From the NCBI RefSeq assembly GCF_009914755.1, contig NC_060927.1: 64,000 nucleotides of DNA; one strand, written 5' to 3'. Shown piece after piece: positions 41,201 to 55,500 of the stretch. Position 1 is the stretch's first letter; every line of letters starts with the position of its first letter. The notes beneath the pieces are model-generated. The model saw only the letters and a program-made list of their open reading frames with translations, did no database searches and was not told the origin of the DNA. Origin of the DNA: the human T2T-CHM13v2.0 reference genome, Homo sapiens. The position numbers were made by a program, and so were the translations under genes.

Positions 41201-44200
41201 GAAGGCCTCAAAGAGTTCCAAATATCCACTTGCACACTGTACAAACTAAGTCTTTCCAAACTGCTCTATGCAAAGAAATGTTCAACTCTGTGAGTTTAAT
41301 GCACACATCACAAAGCAGTTTCTGAGAATGATTCCCTCTAGTTTTTATACGAAGATAGCCTTTTCTACCATTGGCCTCAAGGCTCTTGGAATCTCCACCT
41401 GAAAATTCCGCAAAAAGCGTGTTTCCAATCCGCTCTGTCTAAAGGAAGGTTCAACTCTCTGAGTTGAATACATACATCCCAAAAGAAGTTACTGAGAATT
41501 CTTCTGTCTAGCATTATGTGAAGAAATCCCGTTTCCAACGAAAGCCTCAAAGAGGTCCAAATATCCAGTTGCAGAATTTACAAACTGACTGTTTCCAAAC
41601 TCATCTATGAAAAGAAAGGTTAAACTCTGTGAGTTGAATGCACATATCACAAAGTAGTTCCTGACAATGACTCTGTCTAGTTTTTATACGAAGATATTCC
41701 CTTTTCCACCAATGGCCACAAAGTGCTTGAAATCTCCCCTTGCAAATTCCACAGAAAAGTGTTTCAAATCTGTACTGTCTGAAGGAAGGTTCAACCCTGT
41801 GAGTTGAATACACACACACAGAAAAAAATTCACTGAGAATTCTATTGTCTATCATTACCCGAAGAAATCCCGTTTACTACGAAGGCCTCAAAGAGGTCCA
41901 AATATCCAGCTGCAGACATTCCAAACTGACTGTTTCCAAAGTGCTCTATGAAAAGAAGTGTTAAACACTGTGAGTTCAATGCACACATCCCAAAGCAGTT
42001 TCTGAGAATGATTCCGTCTATTTTTTCTACGAAGATATTTGCTTTTCTACCGTTGGCCTCAAAGCGCTTGAAATCTCCACTTGCAAATTCCACAAAAAGA
42101 GAGTTTCAAATCTGCTCTGTCTAAAGGAAGGTTCAACTCTGTGAGTTGAACACACACCACAAAAAGAAGTTACTGAGAATTCTTCTGTCTAACATTATAT
42201 GAAAAATCCCGTTTCCAACGAAGGCCACAAAGAGGTCCAAATATCCACTTGCAGATTCTGCAAAAAGAGTGTCTCCAAACTGCTCTATGAAAAGAAACGT
42301 TAAACTCTGTGAGTTGAACGCAAACATCACAAAGTAGTTTCTGAGAATGACTCCGTCTAGTTTTTATACGAAGATATTTCCTTTTCTACCGTTGGCCTCA
42401 AAGCGCTTGAAGTCTCCCCCTGAAAATTCCACAAAAAGTGTTTCCAATCTGCTCCGCCTAAAGGAAGCTTCAACTCTGTGAGTTGAATACCCACAACACA
42501 AAGAAGTTACTGAGAATTCTTCTGTCTAGCATTATATGAAGAAATCCCGTTTCCAACGAAGGCCTCAAATACATCCAAATATCCAGTGGCTGACTTTACA
42601 AACTGAGTGTTTCCAAGCTGCTCTATGAAAGGAAAGGTTAAACACTGTGAGTTGAACACACACGTACCAAAGTAGTTTCTGAGAATGATTCTGTCTAGTT
42701 GGCATACGAAGATATTTCCTTTTCTACCATTGGCCTCAATGCTTTGAAATCTCCACTTGCAAATTCCACAAAAAGAGAGTTTCATATCTGCTGTTTCTAA
42801 AGGAAAGTTCAACTCTGAGAGTTGAATACACACCAGAAAAACCAGTTACTGAGAAGTCTTCTGTCTAGCATTATATGAAGAAATCCCATTTCCAACGAAG
42901 ACTTCAAAGAGGTCCAAATATCCACTTCCAGATTCCGCAAAAAGGGTGTTTCGAAACAACTGTATGAAAAGAAAGGTTAAACACTGTGAGTTGAAGGCAC
43001 ACATTGCAAAGCAGTTTCTGAGAATGATTCCATCTAATTATTATACGAAGGTATTTCCTTTTCTATCATGGGCCTCAAAGCGCTTGATACCTCCACCTGA
43101 ACATTCCACAAAAAGAGTGTTTCCAATCTACTCTGTCTAAGGGAACGTTCAACTCTGTGAGTTGAGTACACACACACAGAAAGAATTCACTGAGAGTTCT
43201 TCTGTCTGGGATTACATGAAGAAATCCCGTTTCCAACGAAGGCCTCAAAGAGGTCCAAATATCCACTTGCAGATTCTGGAAAAAGAGTGTTTCAAAACCG
43301 CTCTATGAAAAGGAATGTTGAACTCTGTGAGTTGAATGCAAACATCACAACTCAGTTTCTGAGAATGCTTCTGACTAGATTTTATGGTCAGATATTTCCT
43401 TTTCTACCGTAGGCCTCAATGCCCTCTAAATACACCCTTGCAAATTCTACAAAGAGACTGTTTAATAACTGCTCTATAGGAAGAAAGGTTGAACTCTGTG
43501 AGTTGAATGCAGAGATCACAACGTGGTTTCGGCGAATGATTCTTTGCAGTTTTTACATGAAGATATTTCGTTGTCTACCGTAGGCTTCAAAGCACTCAAA
43601 GTATTCACTTGGAACTTTTACAAAAAGAGTGTTAGAAAACTGCTCTTTCCGAAGTAAGGTTCAACTCTGTGAGTTGAATGCACACATAACAAACAAGAAG
43701 TTTCTGAGAATTCTTCTGTCCTGGTTTATATGAAAAAATCCCGTTTCCAACGAAGGCCTCAAAGACGTTTAAATATCCACTTGCAGACTTCACAAACAGA
43801 GTGTTTCCAAACTGCTCTATGAAAAGAAAGGTTAAACTCTGTGAGTTGAACGCACACATCACAAAGTAGTTTCTGAGAATGATACTGTCTAGTTTTTATA
43901 CGGAGATATTTCCTTTCCTACCATTGGCGTCAAAGCGCTAGAATTCTCCACTTGCAAATTCCACAAAAAGTGGGTTTCCAATCTGCTCTGCCTAAAGGAA
44001 GGTTCAACTCTGTGAGTTGAATACACACACACAAAGAAGCTACTGAGAATTCTTTTGTCAAGAATTATAAGAAGAAATCCCGTTTCCAACGAAGGCCTCA
44101 AAGAGTTCCAAATATCCACTTGCACACTGTACAAACTAAGTCTTTCCAAACTGCTCTATGCAAAGAAATGTTCAACTCTGTGAGTTTAATGCACACATCA

Positions 44201-47200
44201 CAAAGCAGTTTCTGAGAATGATTCCCTCTAGTTTTTATACGAAGATAGCCTTTTCTACCATTGGCCTCAAGGCTCTTGGAATCTCCACCTGAAAATTCCG
44301 CAAAAAGCGTGTTTCCAATCCGCTCTGTCTAAAGGAAGGTTCAACTCTCTGAGTTGAATACATACATCCCAAAAGAAGTTACTGAGAATTCTTCTGTCTA
44401 GCATTATGTGAAGAAATCCCGTTTCCAACGAAAGCCTCAAAGAGGTCCAAATATCCAGTTGCAGAATTTACAAACTGACTGTTTCCAAACTCATCTATGA
44501 AAAGAAAGGTTAAACTCTGTGAGTTGAATGCACATATCACAAAGTAGTTCCTGACAATGACTCTGTCTAGTTTTTATACGAAGATATTCCCTTTTCCACC
44601 AATGGCCACAAAGTGCTTGAAATCTCCCCTTGCAAATTCCACAGAAAAGTGTTTCAAATCTGTACTGTCTGAAGGAAGGTTCAACCCTGTGAGTTGAATA
44701 CACACACACAGAAAAAAATTCACTGAGAATTCTATTGTCTATCATTACCCGAAGAAATCCCGTTTACTACGAAGGCCTCAAAGAGGTCCAAATATCCAGC
44801 TGCAGACATTCCAAACTGACTGTTTCCAAAGTGCTCTATGAAAAGAAGTGTTAAACACTGTGAGTTCAATGCACACATCCCAAAGCAGTTTCTGAGAATG
44901 ATTCCGTCTATTTTTTCTACGAAGATATTTCCTTTTCTACCGTTGGCCTCAAAGCGCTTGAAATCTCCACTTGCAAATTCCACAAAAAGAGAGTTTCAAA
45001 TCTGCTCTGTCTAAAGGAAGGTTCAACTCTGTGAGTTGAATACACACCACAAAAAGAAGTTACTGAGAATTCTTCTGTCTAGCATTATATGAAAAATCCC
45101 GTTTCCAACGAAGGCCACAAAGAGGTCCAAATATCCACTTGCAGATTCTGAAAAAAGAGTGTCTCCAAACTGCTCTATGAAAAGAAACGTTAAACTCTGT
45201 GAGTTGAACGCAAACATCACAAAGTAGTTTCTGAGAATGACTCCGTCTAGTTTTTATACGAAGATATTTCCTTTTCTACCGTTGGCCTGAAAGCGCTTGA
45301 AGTCTCCCCCTGAAAATTCCACAAAAAGTGTTTCCAATCTGCTCCGCCTAAAGGAAGCTTCAACTCTGTGAGTTGAATACCCACAACACAAAGAAGTTAC
45401 TGAGAATTCTTCTGTCTAGCATTATATGAAGAAATCCCGTTTCCAACGAAGGCCTCAAATACATCCAAATATCCAGTGGCTGACTTTACAAACTGAGTGT
45501 TTCCAAACTGCTCTATGAAAGGAAAGGTTAAACACTGTGAGTTGAACACACACGTACCAAAGTAGTTTCTGAGAATGATTCTGTCTAGTTGGCATACGAA
45601 GATATTTCCTTTTCTACCATTGGCCTCAATGCTTTGAAATCTCCACTTGCAAATTCCACAAAAAGAGAGTTTCATATCTGCTGTTTCTAAAGGAAAGTTC
45701 AACTCTGAGAGTTGAATACACACCAGAAAAACCAGTTACTGAGAAGTCTTCTGTCTAGCATTATATGAAGAAATCCCATTTCCAACGAAGACTTCAAAGA
45801 GGTCCAAATATCCACTTCCAGATTCCGCAAAAAGGGTGTTTCGAAACAACTGTATGAAAAGAAAGGTTAAACACTGTGAGTTGAAGGCACACATTGCAAA
45901 GCAGTTTCTGAGAATGATTCCATCTAATTATTATACGAAGGTATTTCCTTTTCTATCATGGGCCTCAAAGCGCTTGATACCTCCACGTGAACATTCCACA
46001 AAAAGAGTGTTTCCAATCTACTCTGTCTAAGGGAACGTTCAACTCTGTGAGTTGAGTACACACACACAGAAAGAATTCACTGAGAGTTCTTCTGTCTGGG
46101 ATTACATGAAGAAATCCCGTTTCCAACGAAGGCCTCAAAGAGGTCCAAATATCCACTTGCAGATTCTGGAAAAAGAGTGTTTCAAAACCGCTCTATGAAA
46201 AGGAATGTTGAACTCTGTGAGTTGAATGCAAACATCACAACTCAGTTTCTGAGAATGCTTCTGACTAGATTTTATGGTCAGATATTTCCTTTTCTACCGT
46301 AGGCCTCAATGCCCTCTAAATACACCCTTGCAAATTCTACAAAGAGACTGTTTAATAACTGCTCTATAGGAAGAAAGGTTGAACTCTGTGAGTTGAATGC
46401 AGAGATCACAACGTGGTTTCGGCGAATGATTCTTTGCAGTTTTTACATGAAGATATTTCGTTGTCTACCGTAGGCTTCAAAGCACTCAAAGTATTCACTT
46501 GGAACTTTTACAAAAAGAGTGTTAGAAAACTGCTCTTTCCGAAGTAAGGTTCAACTCTGTGAGTTGAATGCACACATAACAAACAAGAAGTTTCTGAGAA
46601 TTCTTCTGTCCTGGTTTATATGAAAAAATCCCGTTTCCAACGAAGGCCTCAAAGACGTTTAAATATCCTCTTGCAGACTTCACAAACAGAGTGTTTCCAA
46701 ACTGCTCTATGAAAAGAAAGGTTAAACTCTGTGAGTTGAACGCACACATCACAAAGTAGTTTCTGAGAATGATACTGTCTAGTTTTTATACGGAGATATT
46801 TCCTTTCCTACCATTGGCGTCAAAGCGCTAGAATTCTCCACTTGCAAATTCCACAAAAAGTGGGTTTCCAATCTGCTCTGCCTAAAGGAAGGTTCAACTC
46901 TGTGAGTTGAATACACACACACAAAGAAGCTACTGAGAATTCTTTTGTCAAGAATTATAAGAAGAAATCCCGTTTCCAACGAAGGCCTCAAAGAGTTCCA
47001 AATATCCACTTGCACACTGTACAAACTAAGTCTTTCCAAACTGCTCTATGCAAAGAAATGTTCAACTCTGTGAGTTTAATGCACACATCACAAAGCAGTT
47101 TCTGAGAATGATTCCCTCTAGTTTTTATACGAAGATAGCCTTTTCTACCATTGGCCTCAAGGCTCTTGGAATCTCCACCTGAAAATTCCGCAAAAAGCGT

Positions 47201-50200
47201 GTTTCCAATCCGCTCTGTCTAAAGGAAGGTTCAACTCTCTGAGTTGAATACATACATCCCAAAAGAAGTTACTGAGAATTCTTCTGTCTAGCATTATGTG
47301 AAGAAATCCCGTTTCCAACGAAAGCCTCAAAGAGGTCCAAATATCCAGTTGCAGAATTTACAAACTGACTGTTTCCAAACTCATCTATGAAAAGAAAGGT
47401 TAAACTCTGTGAGTTGAATGCACATATCACAAAGTAGTTCCTGACAATGACTCTGTCTAGTTTTTATACGAAGATATTCCCTTTTCCACCAATGGCCACA
47501 AAGTGCTTGAAATCTCCCCTTGCAAATTCCACAGAAAAGTGTTTCAAATCTGTACTGTCTGAAGGAAGGTTCAACCCTGTGAGTTGAATACACACACACA
47601 GAAAAAAATTCACTGAGAATTCTATTGTCTATCATTACCCGAAGAAATCCCGTTTACTACAAAGGCCTCAAAGAGGTCCAAATATCCAGCTGCAGACATT
47701 CCAAACTGACTGTTTCCAAAGTGCTCTATGAAAAGAAGTGTTAAACACTGTGAGTTCAATGCACACATCCCAAAGCAGTTTCTGAGAATGATTCCGTCTA
47801 TTTTTTCTACGAAGATATTTCCTTTTCTACCGTTGGCCTCAAAGCGCTTGAAATCTCCACTTGCAAATTCCACAAAAAGAGAGTTTCAAATCTGCTCTGT
47901 CTAAAGGAAGGTTCAACTCTGTGAGTTGAATACACACCACAAAAAGAAGTTACTGAGAATTCTTCTGTCTAGCATTATATGAAAAATCCCGTTTCCAACG
48001 AAGGCCACAAAGAGGTCCAAATATCCACTTGCAGATTCTGAAAAAAGAGTGTCTCCAAACTGCTCTATGAAAAGAAACGTTAAACTCTGTGAGTTGAACG
48101 CAAACATCACAAAGTAGTTTCTGAGAATGACTCCGTCTAGTTTTTATACGAAGATATTTCCTTTTCTACCGTTGGCCTCAAAGCGCTTGAAGTCTCCCCC
48201 TGAAAATTCCACAAAAAGTGTTTCCAATCTGCTCCGCCTAAAGGAAGCTTCAACTCTGTGAGTTGAATACCCACAACACAAAGAAGTTACTGAGAATTCT
48301 TCTGTCTAGCATTATATGAAGAAATCCCGTTTCCAACGAAGGCCTCAAATACATCCAAATATCCAGTGGCTGACTTTACAAACTGAGTGTTTCCAAACTG
48401 CTCTATGAAAGGAAAGGTTAAACACTGTGAGTTGAACACACACGTACCAAAGTAGTTTCTGAGAATGATTCTGTCTAGTTGGCATACGAAGATATTTCCT
48501 TTTCTACCATTGGCCTCAATGCTTTGAAATCTCCACTTGCAAATTCCACAAAAAGAGAGTTTCATATCTGCTGTTTCTAAAGGAAAGTTCAACTCTGAGA
48601 GTTGAATACACACCAGAAAAACCAGTTACTGAGAAGTCTTCTGTCTAGCATTATATGAAGAAATCCCATTTCCAACGAAGACTTCAAAGAGGTCCAAATA
48701 TCCACTTCCAGATTCCGCAAAAAGGGTGTTTCGAAACAACTGTATGAAAAGAAAGGTTAAACACTGTGAGTTGAAGGCACACATTGCAAAGCAGTTTCTG
48801 AGAATGATTCCATCTAATTATTATACGAAGGTATTTCCTTTTCTATCATGGGCCTCAAAGCGCTTGACACCTCCACGTGAACATTCCACAAAAAGAGTGT
48901 TTCCAATCTACTCTGTCTAAGGGAACGTTCAACTCTGTGAGTTGAGTACACACACACAGAAAGAATTCACTGAGAGTTCTTCTGTCTGGGATTACATGAA
49001 GAAATCCCGTTTCCAACGAAGGCCTCAAAGAGGTCCAAATATCCACTTGCAGATTCTGGAAAAAGAGTGTTTCAAAACCGCTCTATGAAAAGGAATGTTG
49101 AACTCTGTGAGTTGAATGCAAACATCACAACTCAGTTTCTGAGAATGCTTCTGACTAGATTTTATGGTCAGATATTTCCTTTTCTACCGTAGGCCTCAAT
49201 GCCCTCTAAATACACCCTTGCAAATTCTACAAAGAGACTGTTTAATAACTGCTCTATAGGAAGAAAGGTTGAACTCTGTGAGTTGAATGCAGAGATCACA
49301 ACGTGGTTTCGGCGAATGATTCTTTGCAGTTTTTACATGAAGATATTTCGTTGTCTACCGTAGGCTTCAAAGCACTCAAAGTATTCACTTGGAACTTTTA
49401 CAAAAAGAGTGTTAGAAAACTGCTCTTTCCGAAGTAAGGTTCAACTCTGTGAGTTGAATGCACACATAACAAACAAGAAGTTTCTGAGAATTCTTCTGTC
49501 CTGGTTTATATGAAAAAATCCCGTTTCCAACGAAGGCCTCAAAGACGTTTAAATATCCACTTGCAGACTTCACAAACAGAGTGTTTCCAAACTGCTCTAT
49601 GAAAAGAAAGGTTAAACTCTGTGAGTTGAACGCACACATCACAAAGTAGTTTCTGAGAATGATACTGTCTAGTTTTTATACGGAGATATTTCCTTTCCTA
49701 CCATTGGCGTCAAAGCGCTAGAATTCTCCACTTGCAAATTCCACAAAAAGTGGGTTTCCAATCTGCTCTGCCTAAAGGAAGGTTCAACTCTGTGAGTTGA
49801 ATACACACACACAAAGAAGCTACTGAGAATTCTTTTGTCAAGAATTATAAGAAGAAATCCCGTTTCCAACGAAGGCCTCAAAGAGTTCCAAATATCCACT
49901 TGCACACTGTACAAACTAAGTCTTTCCAAACTGCTCTATGCAAAGAAATGTTCAACTCTGTGAGTTTAATGCACACATCACAAAGCAGTTTCTGAGAATG
50001 ATTCCCTCTAGTTTTTATACGAAGATAGCCTTTTCTACCATTGGCCTCAAGGCTCTTGGAATCTCCACCTGAAAATTCCGCAAAAAGCGTGTTTCCAATC
50101 CGCTCTGTCTAAAGGAAGGTTCAACTCTCTGAGTTGAATACATACATCCCAAAAGAAGTTACTGAGAATTCTTCTGTCTAGCATTATGTGAAGAAATCCC

Positions 50201-50763
50201 GTTTCCAACGAAAGCCTCAAAGAGGTCCAAATATCCAGTTGCAGAATTTACAAACTGACTGTTTCCAAACTCATCTATGAAAAGAAAGGTTAAACTCTGT
50301 GAGTTGAATGCACATATCACAAAGTAGTTCCTGACAATGACTCTGTCTAGTTTTTATACGAAGATATTCCCTTTTCCACCAATGGCCACAAAGTGCTTGA
50401 AATCTCCCCTTGCAAATTCCACAGAAAAGTGTTTCAAATCTGTACTGTCTGAAGGAAGGTTCAACCCTGTGAGTTGAATACACACACACAGAAAAAAATT
50501 CACTGAGAATTCTATTGTCTATCATTACCCGAAGAAATCCCGTTTACTACGAAGGCCTCAAAGAGGTCCAAATATCCAGCTGCAGACATTCCAAACTGAC
50601 TGTTTCCAAAGTGCTCTATGAAAAGAAGTGTTAAACACTGTGAGTTCAATGCACACATCCCAAAGCAGTTTCTGAGAATGATTCCGTCTATTTTTTCTAC
50701 GAAGATATTTCCTTTTCTACCGTTGGCCTCAAAGCGCTTGAAATCTCCACTTGCAAATTCCAC

Positions 50764-52555
50764 GAAAAGAGAGTTTCAAATCTGCTCTGTCTAAAGGAAG
50801 GTTCAACTCTGTGAGTTGAATAAACACCACAAAAAGAAGTTACTGAGAATTCTTCTGTCTAGCATTATATGAAAAATCCCGTTTCCAACGAAGGCCACAA
50901 AGAGGTCCAAATATCCACTTGCCGATTCTGCAAAAAGAGTGTTTCCAAACTGCTCTATGAAAAGAAACGTTAAACTCTGTGAGTTGAACGCAAACATCAC
51001 AAAGTAGTTTCTGAGAATGACTCCGTCTAGTTTTTATACGAAGATATTTCCTTTTCTACCGTTGGCCTCAAAGCGCTTGAAGTCTCCACCTGAAAATTCC
51101 ACAAAAAGTGTTTCCAATCTGCTCCGCCTAAAGGAAGCTTCAGCTCTGTGAGTTGAATACCCGCAACCCAAAGAAGTTACTGAGAATTCTTCTGTCTAGC
51201 ATTACATGAAGAAATCCCGTTTCCAACGAAGGCCTCAAATACATCCAGATATCCAGTTGCTGACTTTACAAACTGAGTGTTTCCAAACTGCACTATGAAA
51301 GGAAAGGTTAAACACTGTGAGTTGAACACACACGTACCAAAGTAGTTTCTGAGAATGATTCTGTCTAGTTTGCATACGAAGATATTTCCTTTTCTACCAT
51401 TGGCCTCAAAGCTTTGAAATCTCCACTTGCAAATTCCACAAAAAGAGAGTTTGAAATCTGCTGTTTCTAAAGGAAAGTTCAACTCTGAGAGTTGAATACA
51501 CACCAGAAAAAGCAGTTACTGAGAAGTCTTCTGTCTAGCATTATATGAAGAAATCCCATTTCCAACGAAGACTTCAAAGAGGTCCAAATATCCACTTGCA
51601 GATTCTGCAAAAAGAGTGTTTCGAAACAACTGTATGAAAAGAAAGATTAAACGCTGTGAGTTGAAGGCACACATTGCAAAGCAGTTTCTGAGAATGATTC
51701 CGTGTAATTATTATACGAAGGTATTTCCTTTTCTATCATGGGCCTCAAAGCGCTTGATACCTCCACCTGAAAATTCCACAAAAAGAGTGTTTCCAATCTA
51801 CTCTGTCTAAAGGAACGTTCAACTCTGTGAGTTGAATACACACTCACAGAAAGAATTCACTGAGAGTTCTTCTGTCTGGCATTACATGAAGAAATCCCGT
51901 TTCCAACGAAGGCCTCAAAGAGGTCCAAATATTCACTTGCAGATTCTGCAAAAAGAGTGTTTCAAAACCGCTCCATGAAAAGGAGTGTTGAACTCTGTGA
52001 GTTGAATGCAAACATCACAACTCAGTTTCTGAGAATGCTTCTGACTAGATTTTATGGTCAGATATTTCCTTTTCTACCGTAGGCCTCAATGCCCTCTAAA
52101 TACACCCTTGCAAATTCTACAAAGAGACTGTTTAATAACTGCTCTATAGGAAGAAAGGTTGAACTCTGTGAGTTGAATGCAGAGATCACAACGTGGTTTC
52201 TGCGAATGATTCTTTGTAGTTTTTACATGAAGATATTTCGTTGTCTACCGTAGGCTTCAAAGCACTCAAAATATTCACTTGGAACTTTTACAAAAACAGT
52301 GTTAGAAAACTGCTCTTTCCAAAGTAAGGTTCAACTCTGTGAGTTGAATGCACACATAACAAACAAGAAGTTTCTGAGAATTCTTCTGTCCTGGTTTATA
52401 TGAAAAAATCCCGTTTCCAACGAAGGCCTCAAAGACGTTTAAATATCCACTTGCAGACTTCACAAACAGAGTGTTTCCAAACTGCTCTATGAAAAGAAAG
52501 GTTAAACTCTGTGAGTTGAACGCACACATCACAAAGTAGTTTCTGAGAATGATAG
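50764..52555. repeat. A-type haplotype patch, third copy (+15 HORs)
   Basis: Same rare allele set; 17,340 bp after the patch at 33424. Confidence 0.9.
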
Positions 52556-55500
52556 TGTCTAGTTTTTATACGGAGATATTTCCTTTCCTACCATTGGCGT
52601 CAAAGCGCTAGAATTCTCCACTTGCAAATTCCACAAAAAGTGGGTTTCCAATCTGCTCTGCCTAAAGGAAGGTTCAACTCTGTGAGTTGAATACACACAC
52701 ACAAAGAAGCTACTGAGAATTCTTTTGTCAAGAATTATAAGAAGAAATCCCGTTTCCAACGAAGGCCTCAAAGAGTTCCAAATATCCACTTGCACACTGT
52801 ACAAACTAAGTCTTTCCAAACTGCTCTATGCAAAGAAATGTTCAACTCTGTGAGTTTAATGCACACATCACAAAGCAGTTTCTGAGAATGATTCCCTCTA
52901 GTTTTTATACGAAGATAGCCTTTTCTACCATTGGCCTCAAGGCTCTTGGAATCTCCACCTGAAAATTCCGCAAAAAGCGTGTTTCCAATCCGCTCTGTCT
53001 AAAGGAAGGTTCAACTCTCTGAGTTGAATACATACATCCCAAAAGAAGTTACTGAGAATTCTTCTGTCTAGCATTATGTGAAGAAATCCCGTTTCCAACG
53101 AAAGCCTCAAAGAGGTCCAAATATCCAGTTGCAGAATTTACAAACTGACTGTTTCCAAACTCATCTATGAAAAGAAAGGTTAAACTCTGTGAGTTGAATG
53201 CACATATCACAAAGTAGTTCCTGACAATGACTCTGTCTAGTTTTTATACGAAGATATTCCCTTTTCCACCAATGGCCACAAAGTGCTTGAAATCTCCCCT
53301 TGCAAATTCCACAGAAAAGTGTTTCAAATCTGTACTGTCTGAAGGAAGGTTCAACCCTGTGAGTTGAATACACACACACAGAAAAAAATTCACTGAGAAT
53401 TCTATTGTCTATCATTACCCGAAGAAATCCCGTTTACTACGAAGGCCTCAAAGAGGTCCAAATATCCAGCTGCAGACATTCCAAACTGACTGTTTCCAAA
53501 GTGCTCTATGAAAAGAAGTGTTAAACACTGTGAGTTCAATGCACACATCCCAAAGCAGTTTCTGAGAATGATTCCGTCTATTTTTTCTACGAAGATATTT
53601 CCTTTTCTACCGTTGGCCTCAAAGCGCTTGAAATCTCCACTTGCAAATTCCACAAAAAGAGAGTTTCAAATCTGCTCTGTCTAAAGGAAGGTTCAACTCT
53701 GTGAGTTGAATACACACCACAAAAAGAAGTTACTGAGAATTCTTCTGTCTAGCATTATATGAAAAATCCCGTTTCCAACGAAGGCCACAAAGAGGTCCAA
53801 ATATCCACTTGCAGATTCTGAAAAAAGAGTGTCTCCAAACTGCTCTATGAAAAGAAACGTTAAACTCTGTGAGTTGAACGCAAACATCACAAAGTAGTTT
53901 CTGAGAATGACTCCGTCTAGTTTTTATACGAAGATATTTCCTTTTCTACCGTTGGCCTCAAAGCGCTTGAAGTCTCCCCCTGAAAATTCCACAAAAAGTG
54001 TTTCCAATCTGCTCCGCCTAAAGGAAGCTTCAACTCTGTGAGTTGAATACCCACAACACAAAGAAGTTACTGAGAATTCTTCTGTCTAGCATTATATGAA
54101 GAAATCCCGTTTCCAACGAAGGCCTCAAATACATCCAAATATCCAGTGGCTGACTTTACAAACTGAGTGTTTCCAAACTGCTCTATGAAAGGAAAGGTTA
54201 AACACTGTGAGTTGAACACACACGTACCAAAGTAGTTTCTGAGAATGATTCTGTCTAGTTGGCATACGAAGATATTTCCTTTTCTACCATTGGCCTCAAT
54301 GCTTTGAAATCTCCACTTGCAAATTCCACAAAAAGAGAGTTTCATATCTGCTGTTTCTAAAGGAAAGTTCAACTCTGAGAGTTGAATACACACCAGAAAA
54401 ACCAGTTACTGAGAAGTCTTCTGTCTAGCATTATATGAAGAAATCCCATTTCCAACGAAGACTTCAAAGAGGTCCAAATATCCACTTCCAGATTCCGCAA
54501 AAAGGGTGTTTCGAAACAACTGTATGAAAAGAAAGGTTAAACACTGTGAGTTGAAGGCACACATTGCAAAGCAGTTTCTGAGAATGATTCCATCTAATTA
54601 TTATACGAAGGTATTTCCTTTTCTATCATGGGCCTCAAAGCGCTTGATACCTCCACGTGAACATTCCACAAAAAGAGTGTTTCCAATCTACTCTGTCTAA
54701 GGGAACGTTCAACTCTGTGAGTTGAGTACACACACACAGAAAGAATTCACTGAGAGTTCTTCTGTCTGGGATTACATGAAGAAATCCCGTTTCCAACGAA
54801 GGCCTCAAAGAGGTCCAAATATCCACTTGCAGATTCTGGAAAAAGAGTGTTTCAAAACCGCTCTATGAAAAGGAATGTTGAACTCTGTGAGTTGAATGCA
54901 AACATCACAACTCAGTTTCTGAGAATGCTTCTGACTAGATTTTATGGTCAGATATTTCCTTTTCTACCGTAGGCCTCAATGCCCTCTAAATACACCCTTG
55001 CAAATTCTACAAAGAGACTGTTTAATAACTGCTCTATAGGAAGAAAGGTTGAACTCTGTGAGTTGAATGCAGAGATCACAACGTGGTTTCGGCGAATGAT
55101 TCTTTGCAGTTTTTACATGAAGATATTTCGTTGTCTACCGTAGGCTTCAAAGCACTCAAAGTATTCACTTGGAACTTTTACAAAAAGAGTGTTAGAAAAC
55201 TGCTCTTTCCGAAGTAAGGTTCAACTCTGTGAGTTGAATGCACACATAACAAACAAGAAGTTTCTGAGAATTCTTCTGTCCTGGTTTATATGAAAAAATC
55301 CCGTTTCCAACGAAGGCCTCAAAGACGTTTAAATATCCACTTGCAGACTTCACAAACAGAGTGTTTCCAAACTGCTCTATGAAAAGAAAGGTTAAACTCT
55401 GTGAGTTGAACGCACACATCACAAAGTAGTTTCTGAGAATGATACTGTCTAGTTTTTATACGGAGATATTTCCTTTCCTACCATTGGCGTCAAAGCGCTA

